A stretch of 64,000 nucleotides of DNA, taken from the IMG/VR virus record IMGVR_UViG_3300030060_004050, positions 54,539 through 118,538 of that record, one strand, 5' to 3'. The notes under the pieces were generated by a model. It did no database searches, was not told the origin of the DNA, and saw nothing but the letters and a program-made list of their open reading frames with translations. Shown piece after piece: positions 49,727-57,974 of this stretch (its first letter is position 1; each line of letters opens with the position of its first letter). This DNA is from a virus. Made by a program: the position numbers and the translations under genes.

Positions 49727-51652
49727 ATGTCATTACCAACACCATTTCAAGATTTCATTCACTTAAGCAGATACTCTAGGTGGATGGAAGATAAAGGAAG
49801 AAGAGAAACTTGGGACGAAACAGTTTTCCGCTACTTTGATTTTTTTGTACAGCATTTAGAAGAGAATCAAAACTATAAGGTTTCAAAGAAAGAAAGAGAA
49901 GAACTGCAAAGTGCAATCATCGGTTTGGATGTAATGCCATCCATGAGAGCATTAATGACAGCAGGCGAAGCACTAAAACGAGATCACGTTGCTGGATACA
50001 ATTGTGCTTATGTTAGTGCTGGTAGAGTTCGATCCTTTGATGAAATTCTTTATATCCTAATGTGCGGCACTGGTGTTGGGTTTAGCGTCGAACGAGACTT
50101 CTTAGATAAATTAGCGACAATCGCAGAGGAGTTTGAAGAGAGTGATACCACCATTGTTGTACAAGATAGTAAGTTGGGTTGGGCAAAGGCCTACAAGGAA
50201 CTTACGTCGCTACTCATTGGAGGTCAAGTACCACAATGGGATCTTTCAAAGGTTAGACCTGCGGGGGAACGACTTAAGACTTTCGGAGGTCGTTCTTCCG
50301 GACCGGATCCTTTGGATGATTTGTTTAGATTCACAGTGGATACCTATAAAAAGGCTCATGGAAGAAAACTCACTTCCATCGAATGTCACGATATCATCTG
50401 CAAGATTGCTGAGATTGTCGTGGTGGGGGGTGTCAGAAGAAGTGCCCTTATTTCCCTCTCGTCGCTCACCGATGAAAGAATGCGAGACGCAAAGACGGGA
50501 CAGTGGTGGCATGACAACCCACAAAGAGCCTTATCAAACAACTCGGTTGCGTATAAAACAAAACCAGAGGTAGGTACATTCATGGAGGAGTGGATTTCTC
50601 TTTACAAGAGCAAGTCCGGTGAACGTGGTATCTTTAATAGAGCAGCAGCAAAGAAAACCATAGAAAAACTAGGAGACAGAAGAGATCCTAATCACGACTT
50701 TGGTTGCAACCCATGTTCCGAGATCTTGCTGAGAGATCGAGAGTTTTGCAATCTCACAGAAGTTGTCGTTCGTAAAGAGGATACACCAGAGGACTTGAAG
50801 GAAAAGGTCAGACTTGCAACCATTCTTGGAACATGGCAATCAACCTTGACTAACTTTCGTTATCTTTCCAGTGAGTGGAAAAATAACTGTGAAGAGGAAC
50901 GTCTTCTTGGAGTATCATTGACTGGTATCATGGACAACGATCTTCTGAACGGAAAGCAGGGACAGGATGTCCTAATGAAGACACTAGAGGAAATGAGAGA
51001 GGTTGCAGTAAACACCAACAAGGAACTAGCAAGAAAGTTAAAGATTAATCAGTCTGCCGCCATTACTTGTGTAAAACCAAGTGGAACCGTCTCTCAGTTG
51101 GTTGATGCTGCCTCTGGTATTCACGCTCGACATAACCCCTACTATATTCGCACCGTTCGTGCTGATATTAAGGATCCCCTATGCATTTTCATGAGGGAAA
51201 GGGGTTTCCCATGTGAACCTGATGTAATGAAACCAGATCACACCATGGTGTTCTCATTCCCAGTAAAGGCACCAGAAAATTGTGTTGTCCGTACAGACAT
51301 GACTGCTATCGAACAACTAGAACACTGGTTGCTTTACCAGCGACATTGGTGTGAACATAAACCAAGCATTACCGTCACTGTCAAGGAACATGAATGGATG
51401 CAAGTTGGTTCGTGGGTATATGATCATTTTGATGAGGTAAGTGGAGTTTCATTCCTACCCCACTCAGATCACACATATAAGCAGGCACCATATCAAGACT
51501 GTACAGAGGAAGAATATAATGAACTTCTTTCTCAGATGCCGGTTGATGTAGACTGGTCGGAGTTGTCGAACTATGAAAAGGAAGACAATACCGCTGGTTC
51601 TCAAACAATGGCATGTTCAGGTAATTCGTGTGAGATAATAGATCTCACTTGA
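49727..51652 (+). CDS. nrdJ: Class II (adenosylcobalamin-dependent) ribonucleotide reductase
   Basis: SRYSRW..RRETW, NPCSE, KPSGT, HKPSIT and C-terminal CSGNSC; no nrdB gene adjacent. Confidence 0.8.
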   Translation: MSLPTPFQDFIHLSRYSRWMEDKGRRETWDETVFRYFDFFVQHLEENQNYKVSKKEREELQSAIIGLDVMPSMRALMTAGEALKRDHVAGYNCAYVSAGRVRSFDEILYILMCGTGVGFSVERDFLDKLATIAEEFEESDTTIVVQDSKLGWAKAYKELTSLLIGGQVPQWDLSKVRPAGERLKTFGGRSSGPDPLDDLFRFTVDTYKKAHGRKLTSIECHDIICKIAEIVVVGGVRRSALISLSSLTDERMRDAKTGQWWHDNPQRALSNNSVAYKTKPEVGTFMEEWISLYKSKSGERGIFNRAAAKKTIEKLGDRRDPNHDFGCNPCSEILLRDREFCNLTEVVVRKEDTPEDLKEKVRLATILGTWQSTLTNFRYLSSEWKNNCEEERLLGVSLTGIMDNDLLNGKQGQDVLMKTLEEMREVAVNTNKELARKLKINQSAAITCVKPSGTVSQLVDAASGIHARHNPYYIRTVRADIKDPLCIFMRERGFPCEPDVMKPDHTMVFSFPVKAPENCVVRTDMTAIEQLEHWLLYQRHWCEHKPSITVTVKEHEWMQVGSWVYDHFDEVSGVSFLPHSDHTYKQAPYQDCTEEEYNELLSQMPVDVDWSELSNYEKEDNTAGSQTMACSGNSCEIIDLT

Positions 51653-51677
51653 CATATAAAGAATAAACATATATAAT
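51649..51677 (+). promoter_or_regulatory. Perfect sigma70 consensus promoter TTGACA-N17-TATAAT
   Basis: TTGACA 51649-51654, TATAAT 51672-51677. Confidence 0.8.
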
Positions 51678-51749
51678 ATTTACATTTATGAAAAGGTGCA
51701 TCCGCACCGCCCCTTAGCCGGGTTACACTTAACAAAAGGAGAATAAGTT

Positions 51750-51956
51750 ATGGCTAATAAAGTTTGTCCCAAAGAGGACTGCCCAGTGACAGGAAACTGT
51801 CAGAAGGATATCGTAAGCAGATCACTTGCAAAGGTAGGTGTATGCCGAAGTATGCTATTCACCCTAGCACTTCTTCCATTCGCATGGGAAGGTGTCGTGT
51901 GGGTAGCGAGTGCGGTTAAGTCCATCTGGGACGCAGCAACCACAGCAGTTGGTTGA
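51750..51956 (+). CDS. Small Cys-containing membrane protein in its own transcription unit
   Basis: AAGGAG SD, four Cys, hydrophobic LFTLALLPFAWEGVVWV segment; own promoter and terminator. Confidence 0.75.
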   Translation: MANKVCPKEDCPVTGNCQKDIVSRSLAKVGVCRSMLFTLALLPFAWEGVVWVASAVKSIWDAATTAVG

Positions 51957-51988
51957 TAGAGCGAGTCCCGAACGCTCTTACATAACTG

Positions 51989-52020
51989 AAACCCTCTGGT
52001 GAAAACCAGAGGGTTTTTTT
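51989..52020. terminator. Bidirectional intrinsic terminator at the strand switch
   Basis: AAACCCTCTGGT-GAAA-ACCAGAGGGTTT 12-bp stem with GNRA loop and T run, between convergent genes. Confidence 0.9.
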
Positions 52021-52312
52021 ATTCAACAGGTGGTCTTTTCATCGATCCGAGGAACCAGTCTTCCCCAATCATGGCATCTGCTCCACCCATGTCATTTCCA
52101 AAATCAGATACACTTTGCGACGATGCTGGTCTATATCTTTGATCGTGAGTTAATCCTTTTCCATACTTGAACATGGTTAAAAGATCTGGATCAAAAGGAA
52201 AGTCTTGTCCTTGGGGTGTAATTTCTTGATTTGGTTCTGCGTCCGCGCCGCCTGGATCCATTGGGCGAAATTTACGTCCTCTTAGTTTAATGTAGTCTGA
52301 TCTCTTTCTCAT
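52019..52312 (-). CDS. Hypothetical protein
   Basis: 97-aa ORF; internal repeat MDPGGADA / MGGADA; ATGA overlap with the upstream gene. Confidence 0.55.
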   Translation of the reverse strand: MRKRSDYIKLRGRKFRPMDPGGADAEPNQEITPQGQDFPFDPDLLTMFKYGKGLTHDQRYRPASSQSVSDFGNDMGGADAMIGEDWFLGSMKRPPVE

Positions 52313-52893
52313 TCTTTACTTTCCTTAAAGTTGCCAAACAAAACATGTGCTAATGTTTGTCCTGCTAAATTATCTGTCGGGTAATTGTTTGAGGAGAGCA
52401 ATCTAGAATTTGCTATCTTATTTGCCATTTCCATAAACACCTCTTTATATAGGGGAAACTGATCGGCAAAGTATAATGAAAAGAACATGGATTCCGTCGA
52501 GTGACCTGATGGATATGATCCGTTAAACTCCGATTGAACTGTTTCCTTTAATTCAAATCCTTGCTTTTCTGCGACAACAATAGGTCTATTCCTAGCATGT
52601 TTTGTTTTTTCTAGAAGAACTATGCTTTTCAAATCTTCCGCTATCTCAAAAATTTCTTGCTCGTTTACGTTTAGCGAAAATTGATCAACAAGATGTAAGT
52701 ACTGATTAAGAATATCACCATTATAGTTTTCAATAATATTTACATCATCCTGCTTTAATCTCCTACCCACATTTTCCAACAACTCCAGTTCAACGCTAGT
52801 TTTTTCACTAGAGTCTTCTGGAGGAGACATTAACAGGGAAGTTGTGTTCACCTGTAGTCTCTTCAAATGAATGTTGTTATGGATGTTGTTCAT
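52309..52893 (-). CDS. PAP2/acid phosphatase-like protein with catalytic His replaced by Asn
   Basis: C1 KTKHARNRP, C2 SYPSGH, C3 SRLLSSNNYPTD; CATAAATA box upstream of ATG 52893. Confidence 0.7.
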   Translation of the reverse strand: MNNIHNNIHLKRLQVNTTSLLMSPPEDSSEKTSVELELLENVGRRLKQDDVNIIENYNGDILNQYLHLVDQFSLNVNEQEIFEIAEDLKSIVLLEKTKHARNRPIVVAEKQGFELKETVQSEFNGSYPSGHSTESMFFSLYFADQFPLYKEVFMEMANKIANSRLLSSNNYPTDNLAGQTLAHVLFGNFKESKE

Positions 52894-52946
52894 AAAAATA
52901 TTTATGTGTATTGACACCTACATATTGTAGATAAAGGAGAATTACG

Positions 52947-53537
52947 ATGGTAATTGCAGGAATAGATTATAGTTTAAGAGGACCAGCAATCTGTGTTTTT
53001 CATGGTGTAGACTCTTACACCGGAAAAAAGGTTGAAAAATTCTCTTTTAAAAACTGCTCTTTCTTTTACCTAACAGACGTTAAGAAATACGCATCCACCT
53101 TCATGAAGAACATTCATGGTAAGTTGTTTTCTGACGTTGAATGTGATCCTCAAAGGTACAACAGCATATCAGACTGGGCGATAGAAGTCTTAAAAAAGTA
53201 CAATTGCACTCAGGTTGCACTTGAGGGTTACTCCTTTGGTTCTAAGGGAAAGGTTTTTCACATCGCAGAGAACACCGGAGTTCTTAAGTATAGATTGTTT
53301 CAAGAGTCCATCCCAGTGGACATTATTCCTCCAACAACAATTAAAAAGTTTGCGACGGGAAAGGGTAATGCAGATAAAAAGGCGATGCATGAGGCATTTG
53401 AAAAGGAAACATGTCTAAATCTACATCAGGTGATAACACCCAAGAAAAAGGAAGTAACAAATCCTGTTTCTGATGTAGTTGATGCCTTTTATATTTGTAA
53501 AATGTTTTATGAAAGACTAACCAACGATAAAGAATAG
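52947..53537 (+). CDS. RuvC-like Holliday junction resolvase/nuclease
   Basis: AGIDYS, VALEG, IKKFATGKGNADK, SDVVDAF. Confidence 0.8.
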   Translation: MVIAGIDYSLRGPAICVFHGVDSYTGKKVEKFSFKNCSFFYLTDVKKYASTFMKNIHGKLFSDVECDPQRYNSISDWAIEVLKKYNCTQVALEGYSFGSKGKVFHIAENTGVLKYRLFQESIPVDIIPPTTIKKFATGKGNADKKAMHEAFEKETCLNLHQVITPKKKEVTNPVSDVVDAFYICKMFYERLTNDKE

Positions 53538-53539
53538 TA

Positions 53540-53803
53540 TTATCGAGGTAACTCTTTAGCAATTGACATCATCCTGTTTGTAGACCATTCTCTGTTCTTG
53601 TCTACGTTATCGATGATGTTGTCGATCTCTCTTCTGAGTTCTCTCTCGTTGCGTTGTCTCATTTCTCTCTCACTTGAGATGGTTCTCTCTAGTGTAGATA
53701 CTTTATGACTGATTTTCCAAACAAATCCAATCAGGGTGAACACGGCGGTGCCTAGTGCTGTCATTACGAAATCCATGAAGTAGTTGCTTAATGCATCTTC
53801 CAT
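53540..53803 (-). CDS. Small membrane protein with coiled coil
   Basis: One transmembrane segment (FVMTALGTAVFTLIGFVW), then a charged helix; AAGGAG SD. Confidence 0.65.
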   Translation of the reverse strand: MEDALSNYFMDFVMTALGTAVFTLIGFVWKISHKVSTLERTISSEREMRQRNERELRREIDNIIDNVDKNREWSTNRMMSIAKELPR

Positions 53804-53851
53804 GCGATTTCTCCTTGCGGGGGTTTTTTTAGTTACACCATATATATAATT

Positions 53852-54451
53852 TCAACCTGTCCAATTTGTTAATAAAATACCAAGATCTTCTGCATCCACG
53901 ATACCGTCTGAGTTGAAGTCTGCTGCTCCATCCATGCCCCATTGAGAGAACAGCATACCTAAGTCCCACCCGTCGATGTCACCATCGTCGTTGAAGTCAC
54001 CCCATACTTGTATCTCCACGGAATAAATCCAGTCCCTTGTGAATGGTATACCGCTTGCAAGAGCCGCATCTGTGTAGAACACAACTTGACCGTCATCAGC
54101 ACACACTTCATAATCTGTATCATGTTGTGTGATTGTGTATTCACCTTTCGGGACGGTAACGTAGTGTCTGTATTTAATGCGTCTTGCTTGAGGGGTTTGA
54201 TTCGTAAACGTGACTGTGCCCTGCGAGTCGAATAGGTTGGTTACAATTATTCGGTTATCAATGTAGTCAACTTCAATTACACGGGTATCGCTTACAACCC
54301 CACCAGTGGTATGCAGATATCCGTTTTCTAGTTCAAGTCTATGCACATCGAAGGAAACCAATGGCGGGGGACAAGAATCTTGTGCTGTGGTGGGGGTTGT
54401 TGTGAAAAAAACAAAGTATAATAAACTAGTTGAGAGTATCCTCTGCTTCAT
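53852..54451 (-). CDS. Exported protein with C-terminal dockerin-like double Ca-loop
   Basis: Signal-like MKQRILSTSLLYFVFF; GDFNDDGDIDGWDLGMLFSQWG and ADFNSDGIVDAEDLGILLTNW. Confidence 0.7.
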   Translation of the reverse strand: MKQRILSTSLLYFVFFTTTPTTAQDSCPPPLVSFDVHRLELENGYLHTTGGVVSDTRVIEVDYIDNRIIVTNLFDSQGTVTFTNQTPQARRIKYRHYVTVPKGEYTITQHDTDYEVCADDGQVVFYTDAALASGIPFTRDWIYSVEIQVWGDFNDDGDIDGWDLGMLFSQWGMDGAADFNSDGIVDAEDLGILLTNWTG

Positions 54452-54686
54452 CTTTCGCTGCTTTCTTGGTGGGTTTAAAAGCCGCATACGTTAAATATAT
54501 AGCACCCAAAAGCAACGGAGAATAAAATAACCAAAAGGCAGTGGAAGAAGTTTTTTCAATTTGAGCGTTATTCTTTACGGTGTGGACTTCAGGAATCGCA
54601 CCATGCTGTTGAGCATTTCCGTCAACTCGCATATAACCACTGCAAGATGTCATGAGTAAACTACAGACTAGAATCAAACTTCTCAT
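54426..54686 (-). CDS. Lipoprotein with C-terminal transmembrane helix
   Basis: Lipobox-like LLMTSC; C-terminal AFWLFYSPLLLGAIYLTYAAF. Confidence 0.6.
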   Translation of the reverse strand: MRSLILVCSLLMTSCSGYMRVDGNAQQHGAIPEVHTVKNNAQIEKTSSTAFWLFYSPLLLGAIYLTYAAFKPTKKAAKDEAEDTLN

Positions 54687-55126
54687 CGTCTAGAACTCTT
54701 TCCTACTGCTTGTCCAAAGTAGAAACCTACAATCGCCAGCAGAACCTGTCTGTTCTCTTCGGTGAATAAGTAACCATAAATTTCATGGAAGGTTACTCTT
54801 TGACCTCCACCAATACCAAGGAATGAACCCTCAGTTTCAGTAATCTCCACCACTGTTGGAATTCCAAAGAAAGGAAGAATAAACGGAGCCATTATTGTAC
54901 CAAACAATATGGTAACTACAATAAGTCTCCTAACGGTTTTTCCCGCCTCGATTCCGACTCTAGCAACGGCAAGATCTTGACTCTCATCTTGTCTCTTGCT
55001 TGCACCGATCATCCGCTCGAAGATCTCTTTTTGATCTTGTCGTTTTTCTGCCATAAACTTAAAAAGGAAGCCAGTTAAACTGCTACCAATCAAAGTAAGA
55101 AATTCTGGTGTTAGAAATGCACTCAT
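54683..55126 (-). CDS. Multi-pass membrane protein, holin-like
   Basis: Three hydrophobic segments, ending AIVGFYFG with a basic tail. Confidence 0.55.
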   Translation of the reverse strand: MSAFLTPEFLTLIGSSLTGFLFKFMAEKRQDQKEIFERMIGASKRQDESQDLAVARVGIEAGKTVRRLIVVTILFGTIMAPFILPFFGIPTVVEITETEGSFLGIGGGQRVTFHEIYGYLFTEENRQVLLAIVGFYFGQAVGKSSRR

Positions 55127-55956
55127 TTGTATGCCTCCTTGAATGGTGTAATGGTTCCATCCTTAGTTCTCAAAGCAATTTTAGTACCTTTGTTTTTATA
55201 TGAATATCTACGAATCGCGTTTTTCATTTTTTCATCGAGCGACTCATAGTTCCACTTTTGATATTTCTTTCTTCCGTGAATCATGCTGTGTGGCATATCA
55301 TCCACATCAAAAACTGCCATTCCTGCAATCATCTCTGGAGCAACTTTTATATCTTCGTGTATATACTCGACAGATTCTCTGCTTACGATAACTTCTTCGC
55401 CAGAATCTAAATGGACAGCAGTGTATAGGGGAATTGAAACCATTTCTGTTAATGGTAGTTTTTCATTTCCCACGATGATAATTTCACCTTCTTGTATTGT
55501 TTCGAACGATGGGGTTACGATTTCCTGACAAGCAACATAAACGCCTGGTTTCATGGTGGGTTCAAATGTGCTTTCGAACAAAACGTCAGCGTCCCTATTT
55601 GTGTCTGTTAAACGCTCTAGGATCCTCTCTACGAGGAGATCTCCCCCCGTTTCATGCTCCCCATTGTGTTGCTCCTTCAATAAGAACAAAGCAGTAGCAT
55701 AGGAACCCAGTTTGCTTTTCAAACCCGGCACTCGTAACATAATCTTCTTTAGATTCCAACAGAGGGTATGGAAGATAGTGTAGGCGGTTCGTTCATCGCC
55801 TCTTAGATCTTTTCTCTTCTTGAGAATGTTCCCATCCTTATCAATTATACCCATCTTAAATGCATCAGTATCTTTAAAATCTGTGGTTAAGATCTTGATG
55901 AATTTATAGGCGACAAGCATATCAACTTGTTCGTTTAACTGAGTTTGATGGTTCAT
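55123..55956 (-). CDS. Conserved T4-like hypothetical protein
   Basis: AYKFIKILTT..AFKMGIIDKDG..YTIFH pattern recalled from T4-like phages; LNEQ leader. Confidence 0.65.
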   Translation of the reverse strand: MNHQTQLNEQVDMLVAYKFIKILTTDFKDTDAFKMGIIDKDGNILKKRKDLRGDERTAYTIFHTLCWNLKKIMLRVPGLKSKLGSYATALFLLKEQHNGEHETGGDLLVERILERLTDTNRDADVLFESTFEPTMKPGVYVACQEIVTPSFETIQEGEIIIVGNEKLPLTEMVSIPLYTAVHLDSGEEVIVSRESVEYIHEDIKVAPEMIAGMAVFDVDDMPHSMIHGRKKYQKWNYESLDEKMKNAIRRYSYKNKGTKIALRTKDGTITPFKEAYK

Positions 55957-55958
55957 GT

Positions 55959-56357
55959 CTACAACTCCCTTAGTTTATTTATAACAAATTGATCTAGGGG
56001 AATCTCTACTAAATCGGCTTCTGGTATATCTTTCTCTGGTAGGTAATTCAGATACACTAAAAACGTCTTTAATAGATCATGCATTTCCTCTTCTATTTTA
56101 TAGAATAGTATTCTGGTTGCAGATTCTACACCAAATACGTTGTAGAATATAATGATGTGATTAAGTATAAGCCTCTCTCGTAGTATGTCGCTGTTGCGAA
56201 ACTTTCGAAAGAGGCGTTTAATATACTTTATTCTGTTAAGGTCTTCTTGGAACTCGTCCATACCGATACACTGTGGATTGTCATAATGCTTCATCGCATA
56301 CATCATGTAAGTGTTTGGGTTTAACTGATCATTCAGTTGCATAATACAAAGTTCCAT
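55959..56357 (-). CDS. Conserved T4-like hypothetical protein
   Basis: YAMKHYDNPQC..EF.EDL.RIKYIKRL..RLILNHII pattern. Confidence 0.75.
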   Translation of the reverse strand: MELCIMQLNDQLNPNTYMMYAMKHYDNPQCIGMDEFQEDLNRIKYIKRLFRKFRNSDILRERLILNHIIIFYNVFGVESATRILFYKIEEEMHDLLKTFLVYLNYLPEKDIPEADLVEIPLDQFVINKLREL

Positions 56358-56373
56358 AATATATTCTTTTAAT

Positions 56374-56781
56374 TTAAGAAATCTTGCCAGTCATTTTATA
56401 TAGTCCACTTTCATCTTGTGAAATTGATACAGTTAAGTTCATGCCAGTTGAAATTGGACTTTGATCATTGAAGTCTACATCAAAGTCATCAATCTCCATG
56501 CCTCTACCAAACACTTCTGTTGCCTTCTTTAGTGGGAAAGTAACAGATCCGCTGGCTGGAACTTCCTTGTTGTCGAAGTCAAAACCAACAAAGTTTAGTT
56601 TAGTTCTTAGGTTATCGATTGCATTTTTTGGACTGATATAACCTTTGTTCAATTCAAAATTAACTGCTTGGTTAATGTTTGCAATTGTTTCTGGGTCTGT
56701 CTTATCGACTTGATATCGTCCCTGTCTGGTGCTACCAACACCAATGGAATTTCCGTCTCTGATTTCTTTGAATCTTTTCAT
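56374..56781 (-). CDS. Hypothetical protein with capsid-targeting-like leader
   Basis: MKRFKEI leader; tightly coupled ORF. Confidence 0.6.
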   Translation of the reverse strand: MKRFKEIRDGNSIGVGSTRQGRYQVDKTDPETIANINQAVNFELNKGYISPKNAIDNLRTKLNFVGFDFDNKEVPASGSVTFPLKKATEVFGRGMEIDDFDVDFNDQSPISTGMNLTVSISQDESGLYKMTGKIS

Positions 56782-57104
56782 TTCTTGTTCCTAAAATATT
56801 CTGCTGCGTTCTCCCAGTCCTTTACCTGATCTTTGGTAGTTGACTGATCCCCTGCGTTTGATTTGGAAAGATAACTCTTGTAGATGTTTTGCTTATCTTC
56901 GAGAGTCTTAGCATTTGATGCAAGTTCTCCTGCTGCCTTTGCTGATTGTAGAAGGTGATCAGGAAGGGTAGTTGGGGTTGAACTTGTTACCTTTTCGATA
57001 TCACGGATCAACGATAAATTTGCATCACTGTTGTCGGTAAACGCACCTTGGGGGTTGAAGTTACCTTGTCCAGTTTCTACGGGATTGCTTTCTGGTTCAC
57101 TCAT
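56778..57104 (-). CDS. Hypothetical protein
   Basis: 108-aa ORF with AAGGAG SD and ATACATATG box upstream. Confidence 0.6.
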   Translation of the reverse strand: MSEPESNPVETGQGNFNPQGAFTDNSDANLSLIRDIEKVTSSTPTTLPDHLLQSAKAAGELASNAKTLEDKQNIYKSYLSKSNAGDQSTTKDQVKDWENAAEYFRNKK

Positions 57105-57137
57105 ATTGAATCTCCTTTATCATATGTATGTATAAAT

Positions 57138-57974
57138 TCAGCCTTCTCGCTGCATCCTACGACGATTCTTTTCTCTTTCCTGTGCAACGTCAATTTCACG
57201 TTCGTGCTTTGTCCTGATTCTTTCGTTTTCAGCACGATGTCTACGCTTTATTCTTTCTACTGGTGAGGCCTGTTCTCCAAAAATACCAAACGGGGCAGTA
57301 AAGGGTAGGTACTCTAGGTAGGGCGTCATGGTAGAGACGCCTCGGATCAGGGTTGGAATTATACTGTTGTCTGGGTTAATTGGACTTACACCACCACCAC
57401 CGATTGGTTTAACTCCTCCGGGAATTATATCTCCGGGTTGTACTGTAGGTCCAAAGATGTGCGGATACATATCTTCTAAAGTATCTGCTGCTATATCTAA
57501 ATTGTTAAGCATCCACGATCTAAGAAGATCTCTAAATATATTTTGCAACGCATTACCCTGTATTCCTAGTAGATCGAGAACTTGTCTCAGGAATGGGAAT
57601 CTGTTAAACAGTGTATTTGGAATATGGGGACGATAGAAAAATCTCATGATTGATAGAAAATTACCAAAATTAAGCACAAAACCAACCGCTGGATATTGCT
57701 GAATAAATACTTGATAAACTCCAAACATGGGATGTGATGCGTTTGCCGCTCCACCGGCAGGGGGTAGCAACCAAGGCGGGAAGTGGTAACCATGGGTGCT
57801 TAAAGATCCGGGATTCACTCCGGGAGGAACGTCTACTTCTGGTCTTTGAATAAGATCTGGAATACCATTACCGTCTTGATCCCAACTCGGATTTCCAGAA
57901 GTGTTGCCCATCATTTGTTCTAGAATCATGTCTGCTCGGTTTAATGATTCTGCTATTTTACTTAGATCTGACAT
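57138..57974 (-). CDS. Pro/Gly-rich hypothetical protein, probable internal head protein
   Basis: Leader ending IAES..ILEQ; DQDGNGIPD loop. Confidence 0.6.
   Translation of the reverse strand: MSDLSKIAESLNRADMILEQMMGNTSGNPSWDQDGNGIPDLIQRPEVDVPPGVNPGSLSTHGYHFPPWLLPPAGGAANASHPMFGVYQVFIQQYPAVGFVLNFGNFLSIMRFFYRPHIPNTLFNRFPFLRQVLDLLGIQGNALQNIFRDLLRSWMLNNLDIAADTLEDMYPHIFGPTVQPGDIIPGGVKPIGGGGVSPINPDNSIIPTLIRGVSTMTPYLEYLPFTAPFGIFGEQASPVERIKRRHRAENERIRTKHEREIDVAQEREKNRRRMQREG

Noticed and set aside
41431-51652. Inteins or introns in g43, g41, g61, thyX, nrdJ
   Set aside because: The frames are continuous, lengths are normal for the families, and no splicing motifs interrupt conserved blocks
52911-52935. 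TTGACA upstream of the RuvC-like gene as another N16-TATACT promoter
   Set aside because: No matching -10 hexamer at 16-18 bp, and the gene has a normal AAGGAG SD
53811-53830. CTCCTTGCGGGGG followed by a T run as a + strand terminator
   Set aside because: The stem is only about 4 bp with a G-U pair and overlaps the SD of the - strand gene; too weak to call
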